A stretch of DNA of 64,000 nucleotides from the NCBI GenBank assembly GCA_964402555.1, contig CAYOCT010000024.1:27314-91313 (forward strand), written 5' to 3'. A program made the translations under genes and the position numbers. Within the stretch, counting starts at the first letter, position 1. Each line of letters starts with the position of its first letter. Positions 35,798 through 45,869 of the stretch are shown here, piece by piece. Under the pieces are notes generated by a model. It was not told the DNA's origin and did not search any database. It was given only the letters and a program-made list of their open reading frames with translations. This stretch comes from an uncultured Nitrospiraceae bacterium (GTDB lineage: Bacteria; Hydrogenedentota; Hydrogenedentia; Hydrogenedentales; SLHB01).

Positions 35798-38700
35798 TCA
35801 CGCCGCTTCGCTATACCTCGCGCCGCCCGAATACCAGACGGTGTCTTCGCCGAGCAGTCCCTCGACGGCGGACCGTAACGCGGGAGTTGCAGAAACTCGG
35901 CACACCTGCGTGGCCTGAACCGTGACCTCGGTCCGTTCGGGCGTGATGCAGTGCAAGAACACGTCGCACCGGCCCGGCTTGTCGCCGAGCAACTCGGCAA
36001 GCCGCTGCAGGAGGTCCTCGTCCAACCCGAGCGTCTGCACGCGGATGTGGACTTCCCTCGTGAGATTCTTCTCTGCCTCCTCGATCGGCATCACGTCCGT
36101 TGCAATCAACCCCGGCGTGTTGTTGCGGAAGTTGACGCGCGCCGGGACCATCACCGCCATGTCCTGCACGAGCAGGCCCGCGCGCTGCTCGAACAGGTCC
36201 GAGAACACGGTCACTTCGCACGGCCCTTCGAGGGTCTCGACCGTGATGAATGCCATCTTGCTGCCCTTCGAGGTGATGTGATGCTTTACCGTCCCAATCA
36301 AACCGCCGATCACGACCTCCTGTCCGTCGCGTAAGTTCTCGATATCGGCGACCCGGATCGTGCTATACCGTTCGAGCAGCGAGGCGTGTTTCGCGAGCGG
36401 ATGGCTGCTCACGTACAGGCCCATCATTTCCTTCTCGAACGCGAGGAGCTCGTTCTCGGGCCACTCGTCGAGATCGGGTTTCTGATGCATGACCGGCGCG
36501 GCGCTCGCGTCATCGTCGCCACCCCCGAGCAAATCGAATAAGGACGTCTGCCCGGACTCGCGCTCGCGCTGGCTGATCTGGCCTTCGCTGATCGCGGCAT
36601 CGAGCACGGCCTCGACCTGCCTGCGATTCCACCCGGTGCTCGTGAACGCGCCCGCGCGGTTGAGGCTTTCAATCAAGCGCCGGTTGATGAACTTGGAATC
36701 GAGCCGGCTGCAGAAATCGAAGATGTCCTTGAACGGGCCGTTCGCTTCGCGCTCGTTTACGATGGCCTCGGTCGGCCCCTCGCCGACGTTCTTCACCGCG
36801 CCCATGCCGAAACGAATGCCCTCGCCCTCGACGCTGAACCACGTGTAGCTCTTGCTGACATCCGGCGGAAGCACCGGCACGCCGATCTGGCGGCAGTCGT
36901 CGATGTACTCGCCGATCTTGTCGAGATTGCCGGATTCGCTGGTGAGCAGCGCCGCCATGAACTCGACCGGATAGTTCGCCTTGAGGAACGCGGTCTGGTA
37001 CGCGACGAATGCGTAGGCCATGCTGTGCGACTTGTTGAACCCATAGCCCGCGAACTGCTCGATCTTCTGGAAGAGTAGCTCGGCGGTCTTGGCGTCGATC
37101 TTGTTCTTCTTCGCGCCCTCGATGAACAAGTTCCGCTGTTCGAGCATGAGCGCCATGTCTTTCTTGCCCATGGCGCGGCGCAGGATGTCGGCATGGCCAA
37201 GCGTGAACCCCGCGACGGCCTGCACGATCTGCATGACCTGTTCTTGGTATAACGCGACGCCGTACGTCTCTTTCAGGATTGGTTCGAGCAGCGGGTGATC
37301 GTACTTGATCTTGTCCGGCTTGTATTTGTTCTCGATGTACTCGTCCTTGAGAAGCATCGGGCCCGGCCGGAACAGCGCCACGAGCGCGCAAATCTCTTCA
37401 AGGCTTTCGAGGCCGATGCGCTTCGCGAGGTCGCGCATGCCCGAACTTTCAAGCTGGAAGATCCCCGTCGTCTTTCCCGAACGAAGCAACTCGTAGGTCT
37501 TCGGGTCCGTCGGTTCGATGTGGTCGATGTCGACCGTGACGCCGCGGTTCTCCTTGATCAGCCGCACCGCGTCGTCGACGACGGTCAACGTTCGCAGGCC
37601 GAGGAAGTCCATCTTGAGCAGGCCGATCTTCTCGACGCACTTCATTTCCGCCTGCGTCGCGACTACGTCGCTGTTCGAAGCTTTGAACAGCGCGACGTGT
37701 TCCGTCAACGGTTCGTCGCAGATCACGACGCCTGCCGCGTGCGTACCGCAATTCCCGATCGTGCCTTCGAGCCGCGTCGCGAGTTTCCAGAGACGCCCGA
37801 CCTGCGGGTCCGACTCGACGGCATGCTTTAGTTCCGGTTCGCGTTCGTAGGCGTCCTTGAGGCGGATGTTCAACTCTTCCGGGATCATCTTCGCGATACG
37901 GTCGACGTCGCCATAGGACATGCCGAGCACGCGGCCGACGTTACGAATAGCTTGGCGCGCGAGCATGCGGCCGAAGGTGATGATCTGGCTGACGTTGCCT
38001 TGGCCGTACTTCGCCCGGACGTACTCGATGACTTCCTCGCGGCGCCGGTAGCAGAAATCGAGATCGAAGTCCGGCATCGACACGCGTTCGGGATTGAGGA
38101 ATCGCTCGAAGAGCAGCCCGTACCGCATGGGGTCGATATTCGTGATCCCGAGCGCGTACGCCACAAGGCTCCCCGCGCCCGAACCACGCCCCGGACCGAC
38201 AGGAATGCCTTTGCTTCGCGCGTAATTGATCAGATCCCAGACGACCAGGAAATAGTCCGTGAACTTCATGCTGATGATGACTTCCAACTCGAAGTCCGCG
38301 CGCTCCAGATGATCCTTCGTCGGCTTGCCTTGATAACGGTCTTCGAGGCCGACCTGAACCAGGCTGCGCAAATAGGCCTCTTTCGTGAATCCCTCGGGCG
38401 GATGATATTGCGGCACAAGCTGGCGGCCGAGAGGCAGGCTCACGTTGCAGCGCGCGGCGATTTCCTCGGTGTTGGCCACGGCTTCCGGCCATTCCTTGAA
38501 GCGCTCGCGCATCTCCTCCCCACTGCAGAAATAGAATTCGTTCGTCGGGAATTTGAACTTCGTGTCGTCGCTGAGGACCGACCCGGTCTGGATGCACAGC
38601 AACACCTGATGCGCTTCCGAGTCCGCCTTGTCGATGTAGTGGCAATCGTTGCTCGCGATGATCTTGAGTTCGTTGCGCTTCGCGAGATCGACCAGCATCG

Positions 38701-39268
38701 GGTTGACCCGCCGTTCTTCGGGCATGCCGTGGTCCATGATCTCGATCAGGAAGTTATCCTTGCCATAGATGCCGACGAACTTATCGATCGCCGCTTGCGC
38801 AGCGGCCACGTCGTCGCGAAGCAGGCACTGCGGGATCTCGCCGCCCAGGCAGGCGCTCGTCGCGATCAGCCCGGCGCTGTATTTCGCCAGCGATTCGTCG
38901 TCGACGCGCGGCCGGTAGTGATGCCCTTCCAAATACCCGAGTGAACTCAGCTTGCAGAGGTTGTGATAGCCTTCCTCCGTTTCGCACAAGAGCAGGATGT
39001 GGTAATACGACTGCCCCTGCGACCGCGCCGACTTGTCGAAGCGGCTGCCGCGGGCGAGATACAGTTCGGAACCGAGGATCGGTTTGACCCCGGCCTTCTT
39101 CGCGGCCTGGTAGAAATCGACCGCGCCGAAAAGAGCCCCGTGATCGGTCAACGCGCACGACTTCATCCCGTATTCGTTGCAGCGTTCGAGGATCTCTCTG
39201 ACTTTGCATGCGCCATCGAGGACGCTGTAATCGCTGTGCACGTGCAGATGAACAAAACCGGCGCTCAT
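35798..39268 (-). CDS. dnaE: DNA polymerase III alpha subunit
   Basis: 1156 aa. The N-terminal PHP domain (FVHLHVHSDYSVLDG), the polymerase core and an OB domain were all recognised. Confidence 0.95.
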   Translation of the reverse strand: MSAGFVHLHVHSDYSVLDGACKVREILERCNEYGMKSCALTDHGALFGAVDFYQAAKKAGVKPILGSELYLARGSRFDKSARSQGQSYYHILLLCETEEGYHNLCKLSSLGYLEGHHYRPRVDDESLAKYSAGLIATSACLGGEIPQCLLRDDVAAAQAAIDKFVGIYGKDNFLIEIMDHGMPEERRVNPMLVDLAKRNELKIIASNDCHYIDKADSEAHQVLLCIQTGSVLSDDTKFKFPTNEFYFCSGEEMRERFKEWPEAVANTEEIAARCNVSLPLGRQLVPQYHPPEGFTKEAYLRSLVQVGLEDRYQGKPTKDHLERADFELEVIISMKFTDYFLVVWDLINYARSKGIPVGPGRGSGAGSLVAYALGITNIDPMRYGLLFERFLNPERVSMPDFDLDFCYRRREEVIEYVRAKYGQGNVSQIITFGRMLARQAIRNVGRVLGMSYGDVDRIAKMIPEELNIRLKDAYEREPELKHAVESDPQVGRLWKLATRLEGTIGNCGTHAAGVVICDEPLTEHVALFKASNSDVVATQAEMKCVEKIGLLKMDFLGLRTLTVVDDAVRLIKENRGVTVDIDHIEPTDPKTYELLRSGKTTGIFQLESSGMRDLAKRIGLESLEEICALVALFRPGPMLLKDEYIENKYKPDKIKYDHPLLEPILKETYGVALYQEQVMQIVQAVAGFTLGHADILRRAMGKKDMALMLEQRNLFIEGAKKNKIDAKTAELLFQKIEQFAGYGFNKSHSMAYAFVAYQTAFLKANYPVEFMAALLTSESGNLDKIGEYIDDCRQIGVPVLPPDVSKSYTWFSVEGEGIRFGMGAVKNVGEGPTEAIVNEREANGPFKDIFDFCSRLDSKFINRRLIESLNRAGAFTSTGWNRRQVEAVLDAAISEGQISQRERESGQTSLFDLLGGGDDDASAAPVMHQKPDLDEWPENELLAFEKEMMGLYVSSHPLAKHASLLERYSTIRVADIENLRDGQEVVIGGLIGTVKHHITSKGSKMAFITVETLEGPCEVTVFSDLFEQRAGLLVQDMAVMVPARVNFRNNTPGLIATDVMPIEEAEKNLTREVHIRVQTLGLDEDLLQRLAELLGDKPGRCDVFLHCITPERTEVTVQATQVCRVSATPALRSAVEGLLGEDTVWYSGGARYSEAA

Positions 39269-39291
39269 TCTCAGTTATCCGTTGTCAGTTA

Positions 39292-39783
39292 TCAGTTATC
39301 AGTTTCTTCGATGCAGTCAAGCAATAGGGTTAGAGCCGCTTCTGCGGTTTGTTCTTTGATCGACTTCCTGGTCCCGGCAAAGACGTTGCGCGTCACGCGC
39401 ACTTCCGCACCCGCGGCAACCGCAATGTACACCAAACCCACGGGTTTGTCTGGGGTGCCGCCGCCGGGACCCGCGATGCCCGTCACGCCGATGCCGTAAT
39501 CCGACCCAAGCCGCGCACAGACACCCGCCGCCATTTGCCGCGCAACCGGTTCGCTCACCGCGCCGTGCCGCCGCAAGTCGTCGCGGCTGACGCGCAACAA
39601 CGAGGCCTTGACCTCATTGCTATACGCGACCACGCCGCCGAGAAAGCAGTCCGACGCGCCCGCAATATTCGTGATCCGATGCGCGATCAGCCCGCCCGTG
39701 CACGACTCCGCCGTAGCCAGCGTCCGCCGGATCTCCTTCAACCGGCGACACACCTCACGCTCGATTCGGATTCGCCCAATCAC
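39292..39783 (-). CDS. pncC: CinA C-terminal domain protein (nicotinamide-nucleotide amidohydrolase PncC-like)
   Basis: 163 aa; TLATAESCTGGLIA is the CinA_C hallmark. Confidence 0.85.
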   Translation of the reverse strand: MIGRIRIEREVCRRLKEIRRTLATAESCTGGLIAHRITNIAGASDCFLGGVVAYSNEVKASLLRVSRDDLRRHGAVSEPVARQMAAGVCARLGSDYGIGVTGIAGPGGGTPDKPVGLVYIAVAAGAEVRVTRNVFAGTRKSIKEQTAEAALTLLLDCIEETDN

Positions 39784-39861
39784 CGCAACGCCCTCTCCTC
39801 AGTCGAGCCGGTACCATACCACCGCCCACCAAGGCACAGCAAGGACGCGCCCACCATTCTT

Positions 39862-39897
39862 CATAGGACCCATAGGTCCCATAAGTCCTATAGGTCC
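39862..39897. repeat. 9-bp tandem repeat (CATAGGWCC/TATAGGTCC) x4, second locus
   Basis: CATAGGACC CATAGGTCC CATAAGTCC TATAGGTCC lies between pncC and the upstream peptidase gene. It is the same family as 1144-1173. Confidence 0.7.
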
Positions 39898-40646
39898 TAT
39901 CTCTTCTCGTAAACAAACACATCGAACGCCGTCGATCTCACACTCTGAAAAGACTCCGTGACATACCCCTTATCCCCGCTCTTTACGCCCCGGCTATCCC
40001 GCAGAATGAAGTACCCGCTTCCCGGATACGAACCATCAAAGCAGAAGCCCACCGCAGCCATCGAGTGATCTCTGCCAACCGCGACGGGGATACGCCGCCG
40101 CAGATAATCGAGCACCTCGGCGAACTGCGCGTCCGAGAGCCCGGGCGAGGTCCGCGACCACGGCTTGATGAACCGTCCCGTGACGCCGGGCACGTCTTTG
40201 AGCACCTTCTTCCCCGTTTCGCTCAACGAATCCGCAACCGAGGTCTTCGCAAAGTCATAGGGCCGCCCTTTGTCGTACGGCCACGCGCTCTCGGCAACTA
40301 TCCCATACTGAACGAACCCCTTGTGAATGTTCTCGAAGAAATCGCCGTCGTCCGTGTTGCCTGACGCGACATTCGCCATATGGTTCAGATACTCTTCCGA
40401 CAGGTCCCGCCACTCATTCCCCAGCACCCCCGAGTATAGCCATTCCAGAAGAAACACCATCGCATGCACCGAACACGTCGGCCGGTCTCCCTGATCCCGA
40501 ATCTCAATCCTCCGTTGCGCGATCTCCGGGCGCAGATCAACGCATTCTTTTTCAGAACCGAGAGGCCCGGAATTCGCAGTTCCCATACACACGGACACCG
40601 CAACGAGTGCCACGGAACACGCCCGCAATGCCATCTCCGGGCGCAT
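39897..40646 (-). CDS. papain-like (C1 family) cysteine peptidase, secreted
   Basis: Signal peptide. QGDRPTCSVHAM carries the Gln oxyanion residue and the catalytic Cys. DHSMAAVGF is the His region, and ILRDSRG aligns with the papain NSWG segment. Confidence 0.6.
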   Translation of the reverse strand: MRPEMALRACSVALVAVSVCMGTANSGPLGSEKECVDLRPEIAQRRIEIRDQGDRPTCSVHAMVFLLEWLYSGVLGNEWRDLSEEYLNHMANVASGNTDDGDFFENIHKGFVQYGIVAESAWPYDKGRPYDFAKTSVADSLSETGKKVLKDVPGVTGRFIKPWSRTSPGLSDAQFAEVLDYLRRRIPVAVGRDHSMAAVGFCFDGSYPGSGYFILRDSRGVKSGDKGYVTESFQSVRSTAFDVFVYEKR

Positions 40647-40696
40647 GAGCCGAGGACGAGGCCCAGTTCGGTTCCACGTAGGCTGGTTCGTCTTCT

Positions 40697-41311
40697 TCAG
40701 TTCAGCCCGGCTCCATGTCGTTTCGCCATGAACCGTGCCACGGCCATCAGAACCGCGCCCAGCGCCACCAAGGCGCCCGAGCCTGCCGCAGGGACACCCG
40801 TACCGGTGACGGTGATGTACCCCGTCTTGGTTTCCGTGGCGTTGCCTCCGGACGTCGTGATCGTCAGCGTCACGTCGTAGACGCCCGGGGTATCGTAGAC
40901 GTGTTCGGGATTCTGGTCATGGTTCTCGGGCGAGCCGTCGCCAAAGGTCCATGTCCACGAGTCGACGGCGAACAGCCCGCCGTTCGACGCGTCCGTGAAC
41001 TGAACGGTCAACGGGGCCCGGCCCGAAACAGGATCGGCGTTGAAGGAGGCGACCGTCCCTTTGGTATTCATCACGCTGAGCGGATCGACAATCAGCGTCG
41101 CGCCTTCGCCGTTGCTGCCCGGTAGTCCGGCCGATGCCGCACCCACGCCCAGCAGACGCACGCTCTTTGCGTTCATGTCTACCGTGCCCGACCCGTAATC
41201 CGCCGTGCCCAGGTGCAGCGTCACGCCTTTCGCGTTGGTGTTCGCGCCGTACGCGTCCGAGACGCATATGCCGCCGCCCACCGCGAGCAGAATGCACAAG
41301 AAGACTCTCAT
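40697..41311 (-). CDS. PKD-domain surface protein with C-terminal hydrophobic/basic anchor
   Basis: MRVFLCILLA signal with start at 41311. The PKD core is PLTVQFTDAS...WTWTFGDGS...HVYDTPGVYDVTLT. The C-terminus is GALVALGAVLMAVARFMAKRHG. Confidence 0.65.
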   Translation of the reverse strand: MRVFLCILLAVGGGICVSDAYGANTNAKGVTLHLGTADYGSGTVDMNAKSVRLLGVGAASAGLPGSNGEGATLIVDPLSVMNTKGTVASFNADPVSGRAPLTVQFTDASNGGLFAVDSWTWTFGDGSPENHDQNPEHVYDTPGVYDVTLTITTSGGNATETKTGYITVTGTGVPAAGSGALVALGAVLMAVARFMAKRHGAGLN

Positions 41312-41340
41312 GGCATGCTCCTTACCCGCACGCGGCGGCG

Positions 41341-43143
41341 TCATTGCACGTCCGGGTCGTAGAGATTGTTCTGATTGAACGAGGCGCTTCCCACATTCTG
41401 AAACTGATTGCTTGCGCAGCAATTGGCAACCCCCGCCGTCGTGTTGTCTAAATCGACCCGCCCGTGAAAGAAAGAGTCGTACAGCCGTGCCTCATTACCC
41501 AGCGTGATGCCCGTGGACCAGTGGCAATCCTCCATTCGCCCACGCATCACGGCGTTCCACGACGTCCCAATCATCCGGCATCCATAGAGTTTGGCGCCGA
41601 GCGTGCTGCCCATGTTGCCGCCGAAGGCATACGTGCCGCCGGTGCAATTGGTGAATGTGCCGGTGGCGTTACCACCGTTACCGCCAAACGCATTATCGCC
41701 GCCGGTGCAATTGGTGAATGTGCCGGTGGCGTTACCACCGTTACCGCCAAACGCATTATCGCCGCCGATGCAATCGATAAACGTGCCGGCGCAAGTGCTG
41801 GCGCCAAATGCGTAGCTGCCGGCCGTACAAGCAACGAATGTGCCGTTTCCGGCTCCGAAATGCATAGACCAAGCGGAGACCTCGTCGGCCCAGAATGTGC
41901 AATTCCGCACTTGCGTCAGGTTGAGGCTCAGGCCCTGGCTATAGGCTGCTGGATCACTGCCACTAACATTTACATGGTACGAACTGGGTTTGGCGCGCAC
42001 CGTCAAGTTCTCAATCCGAACGTCGTTGGCCCGTTGGCTAATTACGCTGAAACCGGAGGCATATGGCATACTGGTAATGACTTGGCACTCGCGCTGCGAC
42101 GATACCCCGATGAGGTCCACGAATTCCGTATGCATGTTCAGTACATATACTCCACAGTCATACTGACCCGGTGGAACCAAGACGGCCACGCGGTTTGTGG
42201 CCGACAATGCCTGGCCGTACGGCGTCTTGACCTTGGCCGTCGCATACGCCGCCAAAAGGTTCGTCCCGTTGGTGACGGCATTACTTGTCACCTCCACCAC
42301 CACGAACGATTCGCCCTCGCGGGGCAGTTTGCCGGCGATGACCGCATCCTGGGCTGACTGCGACGTGTCCACCTCACCTTTCGTATAGACCGACGCCGCA
42401 TCGGCCTTGCCTGCGATAACGGTATCCTGCGCGGCTTGGGACGTATCCACCTCACCCTTCGTGTAAACCGACGCCGCGTCTGCCTTGCCTGCGATAACGG
42501 TATCCTGCGCGGCTTGGGACGTGTCCACCTCGCCCTTGGTGTAGACCGACGCCGCGTCGGCCTTGTCAGCGATGACGGTATCCTGTGCCGCCTGCGATGC
42601 ATTCACGGCGCTCGTGTCAGCCTTGGCGTCAATCTGCGTTTGCACGCCGCCGGTCACGCCGTCGAGCCGGTCCAGTTCCGTGTTGTCCACCGTGCCCGTG
42701 CCGACGGAAGCTGCGTCCACGTGGCCCGCTTCGGACGCCTGACGCGCGAACGGCACGCTTTCGAGTTTGACCCGGTTCGGGAACGCGTCGCCTGCGTCCA
42801 CCCCGTTCGGGGGCGTATCGCTGTCGACCGCAATCTCGTACCAGACCTGCGGACTCGTATATGCCGCCGCCGGCAGCGTCACCGGTATGTTGAACACCCC
42901 TTCCGCCGACAGGCCAACCGTCCCGGACACGGCCGTCCCCAGCATCGCGCCGCCGCTCACAGCGCTATAGAATGTAATCGTGAATCCCCGCGTGCCCGAT
43001 AGCGCCTGGCCTTGCACGTCCAGAAGCTGGCCATGAATGTTCACCGTCTCCGGCGTATCGCACCATCCCCTCGCGCCTGCAATCAGAACTATAAGCGCTA
43101 ATCCAACTGCGGACACACCGCTAGAGTTTCGGTTTCGGCTCAT
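41341..43143 (-). CDS. secreted right-handed beta-helix protein with 26-aa tandem repeats (tail-fibre/adhesin-like)
   Basis: MSRNRNSS starts at 43143, with GGGAG 9 nt upstream. There are four 78-bp repeats (QAAQDTVIAGKADAASVYTKGEVDTS) at about 42337-42650, and two 63-bp repeats (GTFTNCTGGDNAFGGNGGNAT) at about 41650-41775. The C-terminal beta-helix is Cys- and Gly-rich. Confidence 0.6.
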   Translation of the reverse strand: MSRNRNSSGVSAVGLALIVLIAGARGWCDTPETVNIHGQLLDVQGQALSGTRGFTITFYSAVSGGAMLGTAVSGTVGLSAEGVFNIPVTLPAAAYTSPQVWYEIAVDSDTPPNGVDAGDAFPNRVKLESVPFARQASEAGHVDAASVGTGTVDNTELDRLDGVTGGVQTQIDAKADTSAVNASQAAQDTVIADKADAASVYTKGEVDTSQAAQDTVIAGKADAASVYTKGEVDTSQAAQDTVIAGKADAASVYTKGEVDTSQSAQDAVIAGKLPREGESFVVVEVTSNAVTNGTNLLAAYATAKVKTPYGQALSATNRVAVLVPPGQYDCGVYVLNMHTEFVDLIGVSSQRECQVITSMPYASGFSVISQRANDVRIENLTVRAKPSSYHVNVSGSDPAAYSQGLSLNLTQVRNCTFWADEVSAWSMHFGAGNGTFVACTAGSYAFGASTCAGTFIDCIGGDNAFGGNGGNATGTFTNCTGGDNAFGGNGGNATGTFTNCTGGTYAFGGNMGSTLGAKLYGCRMIGTSWNAVMRGRMEDCHWSTGITLGNEARLYDSFFHGRVDLDNTTAGVANCCASNQFQNVGSASFNQNNLYDPDVQ

Positions 43144-43344
43144 CGTTGTCATCTCCCTAGGTAAATGCTTCGTCCCGCATGGACCCGATGCCTCTTCAGG
43201 TCCAAACCCACCATTAAAAATAATAGTACCAGAACATCGGAATGTCGTCAATACTCCTAAAGCAAACTGGATTTCTTATGTAGCTTGCCTGATAATCACC
43301 ACGTGCGGGACAGTTAGCATCGGATATTGGAAAAGACCACACCT

Positions 43345-45042
43345 ATGAGTAACGCAGGTGAAAGACACGGTATTGGGAAGAACGTAACGTCCTACGGGGA
43401 CCCGGAATTCAGCAAGTACATGCGCCGGGCGTTCCTGGCCTCGGCGGGGTTCGACGCGGTGGACCTTGGCCGGCCGATTGTCGGGATCGTGGACACGTCG
43501 TCGGACTACAACACGTGCCACCGGCAGATGCCGGAGATGGTGAACGCGGTCAAGCGGGGTGTGCTCGAAGCGGGCGGGTTCCCGTTCGCGTTCCCGACAA
43601 TTTCGCTGCACGAAATCCTGACGTCGCCGACTACGATGCTGTTCCGCAATCTCGCGGCGATGGATACGGAGGAGATGATCCGCGCGCAGCCCATGGACGC
43701 GGTGGTCCTGCTCGGCGGATGCGACAAGACGGTTCCGGCGCAGTTGATGGGCGCGATCTCGGCGAACGTGCCGATGGTGTCGGTGGTCTCGGGGCCAATG
43801 TTGACGGGATACTGGCGGGGCGAGCGGCTCGGCGCGTGCACGGATTGCCGCCGGTACTGGGCCGCGTATCGCGCCGGGCAACTGAGCGCCGAGGAGATCG
43901 CCGAGGTCGAGCAGTCACTATGTTTCACGGGTGGCACGTGCATGGTCATGGGCACGGCGTCGACGATGGCCTGCCTGGTCGAGGCGATGGGCCTGATAGT
44001 TCCGGGCGGCGCGACGGCGCCCATGAGTTCGGGCGACCGGTTGCGCAACTGCGTCGCGTCGGGACGTTGCGCCGTGGACCTCGCCACGCGCCAGCTTCGC
44101 CCGCGCGAACTCCTGACGCGCGGCTCGTTCATGAACGCGCTGACCGTTCTAATGGCGCTCGGCGGCTCGACGAACGCGATAGTCCATCTGATTGCGATCG
44201 CGCGCCGCGCGGGCATTCCGCTCTCGCTCGACGATTTCGACGCGGTGTCGCGCAAGGTCCCGTTGCTCGTCGACTGCAAGCCCGCGGGCAAGGGCTATCT
44301 GCAGGACATGCATTTCGCGGGCGGCATGCCGCCGCTGCTCAAAACACTCGAACCGCTGCTTGATCTTTCGGCGCGCACCGTCATGGGAACGTCGCTCGGC
44401 GAAACGCTACAGAATGTCGCGCCGCCAGGCGCGTGGCAGTCGACGATTCGCACGCTCGATGCGCCACTCGGATCGACGGGCGCGCTTGCAATTCTCAGGG
44501 GCACGCTCGCTCCCGAGGGCGCGGTACTGAAAGCCGCCGCGGCCTCCCCCACGCTGATGCGCCACACGGGCCCCGCCATCGTGTTCGAGTCGCCGGAGGA
44601 CGCCGTCAACCGTATCGACGACCCGGCGCTGGGCATCACGCCCGAGCATGTGATGGTCTTGCGAAACGCTGGTCCCGTCGGCGCGGCCATGCCCGAGGCC
44701 GGCTCGCTGCCCATTCCGAAGTACCTCGCTCAAGCCGGCGTCAAGGACATGGTCCGCGTCTCGGACGCGCGCATGAGCGGCACGGCCTATGGGACCTGCG
44801 TCCTGCATTGCGCGCCGGAAGCCGCCGTGGGCGGACCGCTCGCCCTCGTACGCGACGGCGACCGCATCGCGCTGGACGTGGACGCGCGGCGCATCGACCT
44901 GCTCGTAGACGAAGCCGAACTCGAACGGCGGAAGGCCTCGTTCGTGCCGCCACCGCTTCCCGAGCGCGGATGGCGCAGACTCTATGTGGAGCACGTGCTT
45001 CAGGCTCATCTCGGAGCGGACCTGGACTTTCTTGCCATCTGA
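43345..45042 (+). CDS. IlvD/EDD-family dehydratase (dihydroxy-acid or sugar-acid dehydratase)
   Basis: Contains the Fe-S ligand pattern CDKTVPA, CTDC and TGGTCMVMGTASTM. 565 aa, not embedded in an ilv operon. Confidence 0.8.
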   Translation: MSNAGERHGIGKNVTSYGDPEFSKYMRRAFLASAGFDAVDLGRPIVGIVDTSSDYNTCHRQMPEMVNAVKRGVLEAGGFPFAFPTISLHEILTSPTTMLFRNLAAMDTEEMIRAQPMDAVVLLGGCDKTVPAQLMGAISANVPMVSVVSGPMLTGYWRGERLGACTDCRRYWAAYRAGQLSAEEIAEVEQSLCFTGGTCMVMGTASTMACLVEAMGLIVPGGATAPMSSGDRLRNCVASGRCAVDLATRQLRPRELLTRGSFMNALTVLMALGGSTNAIVHLIAIARRAGIPLSLDDFDAVSRKVPLLVDCKPAGKGYLQDMHFAGGMPPLLKTLEPLLDLSARTVMGTSLGETLQNVAPPGAWQSTIRTLDAPLGSTGALAILRGTLAPEGAVLKAAAASPTLMRHTGPAIVFESPEDAVNRIDDPALGITPEHVMVLRNAGPVGAAMPEAGSLPIPKYLAQAGVKDMVRVSDARMSGTAYGTCVLHCAPEAAVGGPLALVRDGDRIALDVDARRIDLLVDEAELERRKASFVPPPLPERGWRRLYVEHVLQAHLGADLDFLAI

Positions 45043-45054
45043 GGGAAAATGCGC

Positions 45055-45828
45055 ATGCCTCTGGACCGCTTTGACGCGTACATACGATCGGTCGTTCTCA
45101 AGCGGGAACAGGCCGCGGCGCTCAATGAGCACCCTTTCAACGTACCCGCCATTCGCTGTCTAGAAACGTTGGACCTGCATCCCAGCGTGACTTTTCTAGT
45201 TGGAGAAAACGGCACGGGTAAGTCGACGCTGCTTGAAGCGATCGCTGTCGCGGCAGGCTTCAACCCGGAGGGCGGCAGCACGGGATATCAGTTTTCAACG
45301 CGCGATTCCCACACCGACCTCCATCGACTCCTGAAACTCATACGGGGTGTCAGGCGCCCCAAAGACGGCTTCTTCCTCCGGGCGGAAAGTTTCTACAATG
45401 CGGCCACATACCTCGAACGTGAAGCGCCCGAATACCTCAACAGTTACGGCGGAATCTCTCTGCACTTGCGCTCGCACGGCGAAGCCTTCCTGGCGTTGCT
45501 CACACACCGTTTTCGCGGCAATGGGCTGTTTCTCCTCGACGAACCGGAAGCGGCGTTGTCCCCTCTTCGTCAGATGACATTCCTTGCGCGTGTCCACGAA
45601 CTTGTCCTAAAGCAATCCCAGTTCATCATCGCAACACACTCGCCGATCATCATGGCCTATCCTCAAGCCACCATATATCTGCTAACCCAAGAGGGCATTC
45701 AGGAGACGACGTACAAGGAAACCGAGCACTATAAAGTGGCCCGAGATTTCCTCCTTCGGACGGATGCCATGCTTGCCGAGATTCTCTCTCCGGAGCAACT
45801 CGAGTTTACAGACGATAGAACGGCTTAG
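45055..45828 (+). CDS. stand-alone AAA/ABC-type ATPase (SMC/RecF-like P-loop)
   Basis: Walker A GENGTGKST, Walker B LFLLDEPEAALSP and H-loop ATHSP. There are no transmembrane partner genes. Alternative start MRM at 45049. Confidence 0.7.
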   Translation: MPLDRFDAYIRSVVLKREQAAALNEHPFNVPAIRCLETLDLHPSVTFLVGENGTGKSTLLEAIAVAAGFNPEGGSTGYQFSTRDSHTDLHRLLKLIRGVRRPKDGFFLRAESFYNAATYLEREAPEYLNSYGGISLHLRSHGEAFLALLTHRFRGNGLFLLDEPEAALSPLRQMTFLARVHELVLKQSQFIIATHSPIIMAYPQATIYLLTQEGIQETTYKETEHYKVARDFLLRTDAMLAEILSPEQLEFTDDRTA

Positions 45829-45869
45829 AGAGGACTCTCGGCGGCTATCGAGGGTTTGGTCTTCAGCTT

